Assembly (NCBI GenBank): GCA_038134595.1
Contig: JAYPVM010000013.1
Span: forward strand, 1-57,302
Reading direction: 5' to 3'
Source of the DNA: Pseudomonadota bacterium
GTDB lineage: Bacteria; Bdellovibrionota_C; UBA2361; OMII01
DNA: 57,302 nt
Positions within the stretch are counted from its first letter, which is position 1. Each line of letters begins with the position of its first letter. Shown here piece by piece: positions 1 through 9,201 of this stretch. The notes under the pieces were generated by a model. That model had not been told where the DNA came from, did no database searches, and was given only the letters and a program-made list of their open reading frames with translations. Made by a program: the position numbers and the translations under genes.

Positions 1-68
1 ATGCCACGCACGACATCTCCCAACGCCCCGAGTAAAACAAACAAGTACCTCTGAGGATCTTTAGGCAT
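1..68 (-). CDS. Glycosyltransferase family 9 (heptosyltransferase-like), 5' fragment running off the window edge
   Basis: Not in the ORF track. ATG at 68 reads MPKDPQRYLFVLLGALGDVVRG, the GT9 N-terminal strand plus GD motif. Overlaps the end of the upstream kinase gene. Confidence 0.75.
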   Translation of the reverse strand, partial: MPKDPQRYLFVLLGALGDVVRG

Positions 69-828
69 CGTGACTCCGTAACGCCAAAGCCATCATCTCA
101 GACATCATTGGCGAAAGTTTGTGCTTGATAACGGCCCTTCGCCACCGGCGAAGATAAAGATCACGCAACATCCTCTCCTCTCCCTGAAATACCGTAGCCT
201 TATCAAAGTCAATCAAAGACACTCCCCCGGCAGAATCTATCAGGACGTTACCCGGATGGAGGTCTACATGAAAAATTTTATGCTCTACTAATTTCAAAAC
301 CTGCCCTGTCAATCTTCGCATAGCACTGTGTAGGGCCTGGTCATCGTGTTGAATCTCAACAAGAGAACGCGTGTCAGACAACTCTTCCATCAAAAGCCAT
401 GTCTCATAAATTAGCGCGCCCTTCTTAACAACTGCTAGAGGTTTTGGCGCTGCAACTCCCAGTTCCCTTACTTTTTCCAACATCTCAAACTCAACTTCTG
501 AGCGGCTGCGTCCAGAGCCAATAAAATACCCGCCGGTAATTGATCGCAAGACCCCTCCGTGAGAGTAATGTTTTATAAAAACCTTTCCGCAAGACGGTAG
601 TATACACCGCGTTGAAGTACTGCGACCTCCCAGTACAGGAGCAGTCGAGCTCGATGTCGGCGTTTCAGAGTCTTGTTTCTGTCGCAAGGATTGCACAATT
701 ACAGTTGCCTCATCTTCCGTGATCGTATTCCTACTCGATATAATGTAAGGCCCCCGAACTATGTCAACAAACGGCGTAGAGTTCTCAAACATAACATGCT
801 CACTATCAACACACTTTTCGCAAAGCAT
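61..828 (-). CDS. Lipopolysaccharide kinase, Kdo kinase (KdkA)/WaaP family
   Basis: Motifs IKHYSHGG, HVDLHPGNVL and IDFDK. Lies between two GT9 genes. ATG at 828 overlaps the upstream TGA (TGATG). Confidence 0.8.
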   Translation of the reverse strand: MLCEKCVDSEHVMFENSTPFVDIVRGPYIISSRNTITEDEATVIVQSLRQKQDSETPTSSSTAPVLGGRSTSTRCILPSCGKVFIKHYSHGGVLRSITGGYFIGSGRSRSEVEFEMLEKVRELGVAAPKPLAVVKKGALIYETWLLMEELSDTRSLVEIQHDDQALHSAMRRLTGQVLKLVEHKIFHVDLHPGNVLIDSAGGVSLIDFDKATVFQGEERMLRDLYLRRWRRAVIKHKLSPMMSEMMALALRSHDA

Positions 829-1943
829 CACACAGCCCTCTCTTCAATTACAACACTTTCTCCGCTCGTTACAACATCATCGAGCGCTTGCAAAACATCC
901 TCGGCAGAAACCAGGGTGCTACACATCCGTGTTCCATTGGGACAACGCTTCGATCCATGCCTACGACAAGGCTTACAAAACAAATCACCCTTTTCGACAA
1001 TAATCGCTCGGTTATTCCACGGACCAAAGCCAAATCGCGGAGAGGTTGCACAAAACACTGCTACAGTCGGTGTCTTCGCTGCAGAGGCGACATGTAATGC
1101 CAAGCTATCATTGCAAACGAGCCCCTCAGCATTCTTTATCAAATACACCATTTCCGCCAGAGAAGTTGCTCCACACAGATTGACAACATCTGCTCCAAGC
1201 CCCTCACATACTATCTTGGCCGTCTTCTGGTCATTTTTCGCACCGAGAACTACCACTCGTTTACCACGATTCGATAGCTCATTAGCAAGACGACGAAATT
1301 CATACGCGCTCCACTGTTTCGTTTTCCATGCGCTACCCGGCGCCAAAACGACATACGACTGCAAATCTGCAAACAGCGCTCGCACGCTTTCACCAACGTC
1401 CCGCTCTGAAACAGAGGCAACTTCAAGAAAGATGTCGGATGATTCAGAATTCATGGCACGCAACAATCGCTCACGCCATTGTGCTGACATACACTGCGCT
1501 ATAAGACTCAAATTTCTCAGCACCTCGTGGTATTCGGCTTTTTTATTCACACATTCTGTATAGAGTATTGATGAAAGTGCACCTGAATACCCTATCCGAC
1601 GTGGTATTCGAGACAAAAAGAGCAGCAATCCCGTCCGCCACGACCGATGAAATGAAAAGGCAGTTTCAATCTTGCGGCCCCGGAGCTCTTTTGCAAAACG
1701 CAACAGCCCTTTTATGCCCCGATGCTCTCCACTTCGATCAAAACAGATCACTTCATCTATAAATTGATTTTGTGCCGCATGCGAAGCGAATCCAGGAGAA
1801 GATAGGAAAAGGACTCTCCGATCTGGAGCGCTTTCTTTTAACGCACGAAAGACTGGAGACATTAAGACAAAATCGCCAAGAAATCCCTTTGGAACAACTA
1901 AAATATCACCAGAGTCATGCACGGTGTCCCTTCGCTCTTGCAT
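828..1943 (-). CDS. ADP-heptose:LPS heptosyltransferase, GT9 (WaaF-like)
   Basis: Motifs FLGDFVL, LAPGSAWKTKQW, NLCGATSL, NDSLALHVASA and CKPC. Confidence 0.9.
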   Translation of the reverse strand: MQERRDTVHDSGDILVVPKGFLGDFVLMSPVFRALKESAPDRRVLFLSSPGFASHAAQNQFIDEVICFDRSGEHRGIKGLLRFAKELRGRKIETAFSFHRSWRTGLLLFLSRIPRRIGYSGALSSILYTECVNKKAEYHEVLRNLSLIAQCMSAQWRERLLRAMNSESSDIFLEVASVSERDVGESVRALFADLQSYVVLAPGSAWKTKQWSAYEFRRLANELSNRGKRVVVLGAKNDQKTAKIVCEGLGADVVNLCGATSLAEMVYLIKNAEGLVCNDSLALHVASAAKTPTVAVFCATSPRFGFGPWNNRAIIVEKGDLFCKPCRRHGSKRCPNGTRMCSTLVSAEDVLQALDDVVTSGESVVIEERAV

Positions 1944-1967
1944 ACTCCCTCATTTTGAAAATGACTG

Positions 1968-3035
1968 TTAAGCTACTAGCTGACCTACAACGGGTAACGA
2001 TGACTTCTTCGAAGCAGTTGCCAATTGTCCACACGCTGCAGCTATATCGGCCCCTTTAGACCAACGAATAAAAGCCTGCTGCCCCTGCGAATTCAAATAT
2101 TTCTGCCACGCAAACACCCAATCGCGCGCTGGAGTCTTGTATCCCAATCCTGCATTGTCGTTGTACGGAATCAAATTCACTTTGACGGGCAGGCCACGCA
2201 TCATCTTGGCCAATCGATGCATATCTGCCTCAGTATCGTTAACGCCGCCCAGCATCACATATTCTATAGTCACCTTTTTGCGTGGGCTGTCTGGAAAACT
2301 CCGAACAGCATCGAGCAACTCACTAATTGGATATTTCCGGTTGACGGGCATAATCTGAGACCGCACTTCATCGGTCGTCGCATTTAATGAAACCGCCAAA
2401 CTTACCGACACATCACTTGCCGCTAATTTTCTAATCGCTGGTACTAATCCTACCGTCGATACGGTCACCTTTCGAGGCGACATTCCGTACCCATAATCAT
2501 TGGTTAAAATACTTACCGCGCGTGTCACACCCTCATAGTTATGGAGAGGCTCACCCATCCCCATAAAGACAATATTCTGAAACGAATCTCCGAATTGCTT
2601 CGCGTCCTGAATCACTCCATTGACCTGTCGCAATATCTCTGAAGTCGACAGGCTTCGCGTCAGTCCCATCGTCCCAGTCCGACAAAACTTGCAGCCCATG
2701 GCACATCCAACCTGAGAGGAAACGCACAAGGTCATGCGATTTACTTGCTTTATCATCACTGATTCAACAAGGTCGCCACCTTCAACTTCAAATAAGTATT
2801 TGCGGGTGCCATCGCTACTGATGTGCCGCTCATGGATATTGGCTACAGGAAAGTAAAATCCTTCAGAAAACGACTCTCGAAGTTTATGCCCGATGTTCGA
2901 CATGCGGGAGAAGTCGGATATGCCCTTACGGTAAACCCACTCAAAAAGTTGCGTGGCCCTGTAAGAACTGACGCCGTAATCATCTGCGAGAATACTTGCG
3001 AGTTCAGAATAATCGTAATTATAAAAGTCTCTCAT
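1968..3035 (-). CDS. rlmN: 23S rRNA m2A2503/tRNA m2A37 methyltransferase RlmN (radical SAM)
   Basis: CVSSQVGCAMGCKFC, MGMGEP and DIAAACGQL. ATG at 3035 preferred over the track start at 3056. Confidence 0.97.
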   Translation of the reverse strand: MRDFYNYDYSELASILADDYGVSSYRATQLFEWVYRKGISDFSRMSNIGHKLRESFSEGFYFPVANIHERHISSDGTRKYLFEVEGGDLVESVMIKQVNRMTLCVSSQVGCAMGCKFCRTGTMGLTRSLSTSEILRQVNGVIQDAKQFGDSFQNIVFMGMGEPLHNYEGVTRAVSILTNDYGYGMSPRKVTVSTVGLVPAIRKLAASDVSVSLAVSLNATTDEVRSQIMPVNRKYPISELLDAVRSFPDSPRKKVTIEYVMLGGVNDTEADMHRLAKMMRGLPVKVNLIPYNDNAGLGYKTPARDWVFAWQKYLNSQGQQAFIRWSKGADIAAACGQLATASKKSSLPVVGQLVA

Positions 3036-3068
3036 ATTCTGAACTCGTCTCCGCAATCAACCAGCCGG

Positions 3069-3485
3069 TTACGAGGCGAGGTTCGGAAAGAAGAAAGATA
3101 TCTCCGTTGCTGCGTTCTCCGCACTATCGGATCCATGAACAGCATTAGCAGCTATACTTTCTGCATAGAGCGCTCGAATAGTTCCCGCATCTGCTTGCGC
3201 TGGATCGGTAGCTCCCATAAGAGTTCGATTCAAGTTTACAGCATCCTCTCCTTCAAGGACTGATACCAATACCCGTCCCGAGCACATGTAATCGATCAGC
3301 TCTCCGTAGAACGGTCTATCTTTGTGAATGATATAGAATTCTCCTGCCTGCTCAGGTGTCAGGGTTATCATCTGAGCCGCAACAATCGAAAGCCCAGCCT
3401 CTTCAAAATGATTAAGAATCTTTCCCACCAAGTTTCGACTGGTTGCATCGGGCTTAATAATTGAAAGTGTTCGCTGCTTTGTCAT
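3069..3485 (-). CDS. ndk: Nucleoside diphosphate kinase
   Basis: [15 protein letters not shown] and NAVHGSDS. Confidence 0.98.
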   Translation of the reverse strand: MTKQRTLSIIKPDATSRNLVGKILNHFEEAGLSIVAAQMITLTPEQAGEFYIIHKDRPFYGELIDYMCSGRVLVSVLEGEDAVNLNRTLMGATDPAQADAGTIRALYAESIAANAVHGSDSAENAATEISFFFPNLAS

Positions 3486-3845
3486 AATGTACTATCCTAC
3501 ATAGATAAATCTTCCGGTCCGGGCAAGATTTCTCACTCTGGGCCCCTTCGACCATGCTTAAGTTTGCTAAAACCATTCCCAACTGAAGCAGCGTCATCTT
3601 AGAGAGACTCTTTACCTAGCGAGAAAGGTGTGGGGAGTATAGACGTTCCATCCCTGCAACTCAAGGTGCGGGATTAAAAACAGCATTTCAAAATACGTCG
3701 CAACGTATTGATACTATTATACTATTAGACAGATGCATTCCCGACGCCGCTTGAAAAACCTAACAAAACAGGGAAAAACCCGTCATTCGACACCAATTCA
3801 CGATTCATAAATGAGACTACCTACAAAGCGACCCGCCAAACATAT

Positions 3846-3868
3846 TTGCAGTAATGATTGCAGTAATG
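3846..3868. repeat. Direct repeat TTGCAGTAATG x2 (12-bp period) just downstream of coaD
   Basis: Sequence reads ttgcagtaatg-a-ttgcagtaatg. Confidence 0.7.
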
Positions 3869-3875
3869 TGCACAA

Positions 3876-4373
3876 TTACCCAACAATCTTTCCTCGGAGC
3901 GCAGAAGCAACATGCCGCGGCACCATATCCGCCACATCACCCCCTAGGAGCGCCACTTGTTTTACGATAGAAGAGCTCACGTAATTATGCTCCTCTCGTG
4001 CAGTTAAGAAAACGGTTTCTATTCCCGAATCAAGCTTTCTATTTATCAAGGACATCTGCGCTTCATAATCAAAATCAGAGATAGCACGCAATCCCCTCAC
4101 GACTAAGGAGCTATCGACACTTCTTACAAATTCCACCAACAATCCCGAAAAGCAATGCACCGAAAGCCTATCAGCTCTATCCGAAAAATGTTCCCGTATT
4201 AACGCAACCCTCTCCTGCGGAGAAAACAATGCTTTCTTGGTTGTATTATCAAGGACACCAACCACCACACTGTCAAAAATATCTAGAGAACGTTCGATAA
4301 TATCCACATGACCATTGGTGAGAGGATCAAAAGAACCGGGAACAACTGCAACTTTCAATTGATTACTGTCCAT
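3876..4373 (-). CDS. coaD: Pantetheine-phosphate adenylyltransferase
   Basis: PGSFDPLTNGH, RGLRAISDFDYE and VSSSIVK. Confidence 0.98.
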   Translation of the reverse strand: MDSNQLKVAVVPGSFDPLTNGHVDIIERSLDIFDSVVVGVLDNTTKKALFSPQERVALIREHFSDRADRLSVHCFSGLLVEFVRSVDSSLVVRGLRAISDFDYEAQMSLINRKLDSGIETVFLTAREEHNYVSSSIVKQVALLGGDVADMVPRHVASALRGKIVG

Positions 4374-4629
4374 GTATTCACTTTCTCCTAGAACGCGCCA
4401 TCAATTACCGCCCTACCTATCTCTCAAACTACAGCGCCCCTGTGCGCTCTTAGTTTATAGCGATCACCTCCGATATTCTAAACTTTTCGATACTTCCCAT
4501 CATAATCAAATGCTATACTACCGGAAACAGTCAGAACAACCCATTTACCCACAGTGTCATACCATGCATACTAGCTGCTGAGCGATCAACAAACAAACTT
4601 TCAAAGCCCCATAACCTCGCAAATAACCC

Positions 4630-5274
4630 ATGAAGACACAAACAGGCACTACACCAAGACCCTCGCCGATATCGGAGCAAAAAGGCTCTGTCATATTCAT
4701 GTTATTTTTACTCATCATATCTGCTCTCACCGCAACAATAGTTGGGTATCGTGTAAAGACTGCCGATACAGAGCGGAAAACCCAGTTGCTAGAAGCCTAT
4801 CAACGAATCGGCGGTTCCTTCTCCGATTCGCTCCATTTAGGAAGTACTAAAATCAACACTCTCCACCATAATGACGCCCAAAAGACGTTTATCCTTGCAT
4901 ATGAAACCAATAGCAGGGCTCGTGCGTACGGGCTGGCGCGGGTTATAGAATCAACCGATCCAACCCTTGCTCGCCTCATTATTGATAGTCTCTTCCGAAT
5001 TAATGCATCAGAAGGTGCGAAAAGTTTTAGAGATGCGTGGGATGCATACATCAACGATCCAATTACAACACAGGACACTATAGAAACCACCACGAGCAAA
5101 GGCTCTGCCAGCCAATCAGACGGCTTTGGAGACAATCCGCCAGGGCAAAGACGTATGCTTAGCCCACGCGCCTCCAGATTTGCCCGCCAATATGATCGCC
5201 ACATCGCTCGGGACACTGAGGTTAAGCTTTACCTGTTTCTGAGAAATAATTCGGGCAATTGTCCTATGCATTAA
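4630..5274 (+). CDS. Hypothetical membrane-anchored protein with a prepilin-like N-terminus
   Basis: 214-aa ORF filling the gap. EQKG-S is followed by a hydrophobic helix (VIFMLFLLIISALTATIVG). No other motif recognised. Confidence 0.6.
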   Translation: MKTQTGTTPRPSPISEQKGSVIFMLFLLIISALTATIVGYRVKTADTERKTQLLEAYQRIGGSFSDSLHLGSTKINTLHHNDAQKTFILAYETNSRARAYGLARVIESTDPTLARLIIDSLFRINASEGAKSFRDAWDAYINDPITTQDTIETTTSKGSASQSDGFGDNPPGQRRMLSPRASRFARQYDRHIARDTEVKLYLFLRNNSGNCPMH

Positions 5275-5497
5275 TCGAGGACTAAATACCAGTAGCTAGA
5301 AATACGCGCCTGTGCCCCTCCATCCCCAACAATAAAACCACTAGGATTTAAAGCATAGCACGAGAACTTTTCTTTATCGGCTCAAACAAGCCTCCTCTAT
5401 CCTCACAATACAATGTGAGGTCACCTCTCGAACTCACTGCATAGCAGACAAACGGGTCACTACCGCCACCGAAGGGACACGGACACATGGGAGGCAT

Positions 5498-5531
5498 AAA
5501 AAGCCATTGCCTTTATCGAAGACAACCTAGC
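5498..5531 (-). terminator. Putative intrinsic terminator after the bTHX gene
   Basis: Minus strand has a GU-containing stem (GUUGUCUU / AAGGCAAU) followed by GGC-UUUUU, directly after the stop codon. Confidence 0.45.
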
Positions 5532-5539
5532 GATATTTG

Positions 5540-5659
5540 CTACTTCTTAGCTGCTTCTTTTTTGCCAGCTTTTGACATCCGAGAACTGCTTGATCTTCGA
5601 TTCCCGTACGATCCTTTAAATATCTTTCCTCGTCGAGTTCTTGAATCTCCTCTTCCCAT
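5540..5659 (-). CDS. thx: 30S ribosomal protein bTHX (Thx)
   Basis: Not in the track (39 aa). MGRGDSRTRRGKIFKGSYGNRRSSSSRMSKAGKKEAAKK matches the THX signature MG[KR]GDxxT[RK]RGKIxxG[ST]YG. AGAGGA SD just upstream. Confidence 0.92.
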   Translation of the reverse strand: MGRGDSRTRRGKIFKGSYGNRRSSSSRMSKAGKKEAAKK

Positions 5660-5993
5660 ACATTCCTCTACAAATTTCAATATTCAAACGTTTAATACAA
5701 CAGTACTTGTAGACCAGAGATGAAATGCATTCACTAGGCGGTGCCGAGTCTTTAGCACACTGTGCGCAATGCACCACTGTGCAAAACAACCGGCCAGACA
5801 CCTTTTCCTGTTCTACCAAAAAAAGTTCTTTTCACATTCCTCTGCGCTGACAGACGATACGCCTGTCCCTCTCCACCATCATCACTACTGACAAACATTT
5901 GAAAGTTAGTAAAAGCGGAGCACTTTACGACTCTGAAGAACTCGGGGATAATAGCCGACATTATCCAATGTGTACACAAAAAGCGATTAAATC

Positions 5994-6386
5994 ATGGGAA
6001 TCTTGCAAACCAAACGGTCACCCCAAAAAGTTGCCCGCTCAAATGACAATCTCACCATCGAGTGGACAGATGGATCATGTAGCACTATACCGGCTATAGT
6101 CCTTCGTAAAAACTGCCCCTGCGCTGGCTGCAGAGAGAGCCGAGGAGACGACTCTCACAGCAAGCCTCTGACGGGCAAAAGGCGAGCTCTTACCATAATT
6201 GATAGCAGTCTTGAACAAGAGACAACACTTATACATGTCTGGTCTGTAGGAGCCTATGCTATTGGACTAAAATGGAAGGACGGTCACGACTCAGGGATTT
6301 ACACATTTGAGCTTCTGCAACAGCTAAGTGACGACCTAGTCGCAAACAAAAGCCCCATCGCCAAAGTAAAACCATCGCCAAAGTAA
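5994..6386 (+). CDS. DUF971 / gamma-butyrobetaine hydroxylase-like N-terminal domain protein
   Basis: IEWTDG, LRKNCPCAGC and VGAYAIGLKWKDGHDSGIYTF. Confidence 0.9.
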   Translation: MGILQTKRSPQKVARSNDNLTIEWTDGSCSTIPAIVLRKNCPCAGCRESRGDDSHSKPLTGKRRALTIIDSSLEQETTLIHVWSVGAYAIGLKWKDGHDSGIYTFELLQQLSDDLVANKSPIAKVKPSPK

Positions 6387-6399
6387 AACCATAGCCAAA
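6355..6399. repeat. 17-bp tandem repeat CCATCGCCAAAGTAAAA, two copies plus a partial, spanning the DUF971 stop
   Basis: Copies at 6355-6371 and 6372-6388; partial ccatagccaaa at 6389-6399. Confidence 0.85.
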
Positions 6400-6531
6400 C
6401 AAACGATTAAGCTAGGTCGACTAAAAAATCTATTCCCTATCGGGCTGATTACATCTGCACGCGGCCTAGACAACCTGTCTCTCCGAGGCTAACAAGAGTA
6501 TGTCTTTAGGTCCCCTAACTTAAATGGAGAT

Positions 6532-6816
6532 CTAACTCGATGGAGTATCTCCATTTCCATCACCACTTGGATCCGCACCTCCACTAGGGCCACGATTTCG
6601 CCCCTCTGCAATTCGACGCACGATACGTCCCTTACTCAAATCGTAGGGTGATATCTCTACTACAACTCGATCTCCCGGCAGAACTCGGATGTAAAACTTT
6701 CTCATTTTCCCAGCAAGGTGTGCTAACACTTCGTGTCCGTTGTCACACTCAACTCTAAACGCGCTCGGAAAACACTCCTTTACAACTCCATTCAATTCAA
6801 TTGCATCTTTTGCCAT
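6532..6816 (-). CDS. infA: Translation initiation factor IF-1 with C-terminal extension
   Basis: [46 protein letters not shown]. Confidence 0.97.
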   Translation of the reverse strand: MAKDAIELNGVVKECFPSAFRVECDNGHEVLAHLAGKMRKFYIRVLPGDRVVVEISPYDLSKGRIVRRIAEGRNRGPSGGADPSGDGNGDTPSS

Positions 6817-6949
6817 GCTTTTACTTCTTAAATTACTATTTCAATTTGCAAACTACCGAAAGGTACCGTACTGACGCCTTTTGGGCATTCTTATATCCCC
6901 TCGCTCCAAAGTCAACTCCAGCGCTGCGTGAGGGCTAATAATGCTTGTC

Positions 6950-7936
6950 CTAGTTGTCAGAGAAACCACTGATTTTTCTAAATTTTTCGTACCGTTGCGC
7001 CACCAAATCCTTCACTGCCATCTTCGATAGTGGCTCTAGATTACGCACCAGTGCGGCGCGCAACAGCTCGGCTGCTTCTTTATGATTACTGTGCGCCCCT
7101 CCGACTGGCTCAGGAACTATTTCATCGATGAGCTGTAGATTTTTCAGATCATGCGCAGTCAGCTTTAAGGATTCTGCGGCTTGAGCTGCCTGCTCCGGAG
7201 ACACCTCAGCTTTCGCAGCGGAATGAAACAAAATCGACGCGCAGCCTTCCGGCGTAATAACCGAGTAACATGCGTTTTCGAGCATAAGTATCTTATCGCT
7301 AACCCCGAGGGCTAACGCGCCTCCGCTGCCTCCCTCCCCTATCACAACACTAATAACGGGAACAGTTAACTCCGAGAGCTCGGCAAGATTTCTGGCAATA
7401 GCCCCAGCCTGACCACGCTCCTCTGCTTCAAGCCCTGGGTAGGCTCCCTGAGTATCAATAAGAGTTATAAGAGGCAGGCCAAATTTCTCGGCCATATGAA
7501 ACAACCGAAGAGCCTTACGATATCCCTCTGGATTGGGCATGCCGAAGTTGCGCTTTAATCTCTCGGTTGTTGTCCTTCCTCGCTGGTGCCCTACAATCAT
7601 TACTGGCACCTCCCCTAAACGAGCCGTTCCTCCCACAATCGCGGGGTCATCACGGAACAACCTATCTCCGTGAAGCTCCATAAAGTCCGTGAACATGTAT
7701 TTAACGTAGTCGAGTGTAAACGGCCTATCGAAATGTCTCGATAATTGCACACGTTGATACGGAGTCAATTTGCCATAAATCTCCTTTCTCAACTTAGTGA
7801 CTTTTGCCTCAAGCGAAGCATATTCATTGCGCCTAGACTGGTCACCGGCCGCAAGTTCATCCCGCAAGGCTTCTAGCTGATACTCTAATTCGACTAGTGG
7901 TTTCTCAAATTCAAGGGGATGTTCTATCGGACTCAT
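6950..7936 (-). CDS. accA: Acetyl-CoA carboxylase carboxyltransferase alpha subunit
   Basis: LEFEKP, ELHGDR, PEGYRKA, AEERGQ and GEGGSGGAL. Confidence 0.98.
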   Translation of the reverse strand: MSPIEHPLEFEKPLVELEYQLEALRDELAAGDQSRRNEYASLEAKVTKLRKEIYGKLTPYQRVQLSRHFDRPFTLDYVKYMFTDFMELHGDRLFRDDPAIVGGTARLGEVPVMIVGHQRGRTTTERLKRNFGMPNPEGYRKALRLFHMAEKFGLPLITLIDTQGAYPGLEAEERGQAGAIARNLAELSELTVPVISVVIGEGGSGGALALGVSDKILMLENACYSVITPEGCASILFHSAAKAEVSPEQAAQAAESLKLTAHDLKNLQLIDEIVPEPVGGAHSNHKEAAELLRAALVRNLEPLSKMAVKDLVAQRYEKFRKISGFSDN

Positions 7937-8158
7937 GAAACGTTATCCTTTCATTTCTTCTCGTTACTGCCTTGAGTCTCGCACCTACGCGCGACTGCGA
8001 GCGACTCTCTTGCAAATATAGTAACTTAAACATTTATCGTATTAAAACTGCCCACCATGATTCCACACAATTGCAACTGAGGTCAAAGGTACCTTTAGAT
8101 ATACTCTCTTACGTAAACAGCGCCCATATGAATCAATATAAATAGTATTTCCAATATC

Positions 8159-9196
8159 TTACTGAAGCCACACGTACCACACCTCGGTCTCAGAGATCCC
8201 TTCCCGCAGCCGTTTTTTTATTTCACCAACAAGTTCTGCCGTACTAAACCGAACCACTTGAAATGTTTTGATTGTATCAACCTTTCTCGTTCGCTTTTTT
8301 GAGGCAGGTCCCGGTAACGCTACCGAGCCTTCATCCTCGGCGGGCCGTATCTTCCACCCACGTTTCGCAGGCTCGTTGCGCCAATACGTCATCTGGCGCT
8401 TTGCGAAACGGCGGGTATGAAGAGCTATCTCTTCGGCCAGCTTAGCTTGAGGAAGTCGGTCCTCAATACATGCAACGGCTTGTCTGTAGCCAAGAGTGGT
8501 TAACACGGGAACCTGCCCATACTGAGACATCAGACTTCGAGTTTCTTCAAGCAAACCCTGCGCCACCATCTTTTCCGATCGAATATTAATTCGTTGATAT
8601 AGGTCTTCGCGAGGAAGACACGGCACAATCACCAAAGAAGTTATCTCTGAGCCCGAAAATTGATGCTGTCTATGCCACGCGCTCTGAGCAACGCCAGAGA
8701 CATAATACACCTCAAGAGCCCTTGTAACCCGAACCGAGTCATTGGGACTGAGCCTCTCTGCAGTTTCGGGATCAACACGCACCAACTGCTCGTAACACTC
8801 CTCGGGACTCAGGCGGTCTAGGCCCTCCCGAATCGACGCATCTTGTGGAGGCATGTCAGCAAGTCCATGCAACAATGCGGTCAAATACAATCCAGAGCCT
8901 CCAACCAGAATCGGCATTTTGCCCCGCTCTGAGATGTCTTTAATCGCCGCCGATGCGGCCTCTCGAAACTGCGCAACGTTTGCGCCGCGTGCAGGAGACA
9001 CAATGTCCATTACATGGTGAGAAATGCCCCTTCTCTCAGATTCGGGCAACTTTGCTGCGCCGATATGGAGATCTTTGTAAACCTGAACAGAATCAACATT
9101 AACTACTTCACCCGAAATCTCATGAGCTATCTCAAGAGAAAGTGCGGTTTTACCGGAGGCTGTTGGCCCACAAATCGCCACCGTAGTGTACTGCAT
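8159..9196 (-). CDS. miaA: tRNA (adenosine(37)-N6)-dimethylallyltransferase
   Basis: GPTASGKT, DSVQVY, VGGSGLY and FAKRQMTY. Follows mutL. Confidence 0.97.
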   Translation of the reverse strand: MQYTTVAICGPTASGKTALSLEIAHEISGEVVNVDSVQVYKDLHIGAAKLPESERRGISHHVMDIVSPARGANVAQFREAASAAIKDISERGKMPILVGGSGLYLTALLHGLADMPPQDASIREGLDRLSPEECYEQLVRVDPETAERLSPNDSVRVTRALEVYYVSGVAQSAWHRQHQFSGSEITSLVIVPCLPREDLYQRINIRSEKMVAQGLLEETRSLMSQYGQVPVLTTLGYRQAVACIEDRLPQAKLAEEIALHTRRFAKRQMTYWRNEPAKRGWKIRPAEDEGSVALPGPASKKRTRKVDTIKTFQVVRFSTAELVGEIKKRLREGISETEVWYVWLQ

Positions 9197-9201
9197 TCAA
9201 A

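Noticed and set aside
673..1563. 296-aa plus-strand ORF and the many other antisense ORFs in the track
   Set aside because: They lie opposite well-supported conserved genes, have no motifs, and look like shadow frames.
3486..3875. 390-nt gap upstream of ndk with hairpin AAATCTT...AAGATTT (3507-3531); considered as riboswitch, SRP RNA or tRNA
   Set aside because: No diagnostic motif of any RNA family I know. One hairpin is not enough.
5375..5400. Perfect GCCGATAA sigma-28 -10 box on the minus strand
   Set aside because: The -35 match and spacing are poor, and it points antisense into the 4630..5274 ORF with no credible gene downstream.
5616..5979. Cys-containing short ORFs and a TTAGCACAC CIRCE-like half site
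   Set aside because: The ORFs have no family signal and one overlaps the thx gene. The second CIRCE arm is missing.
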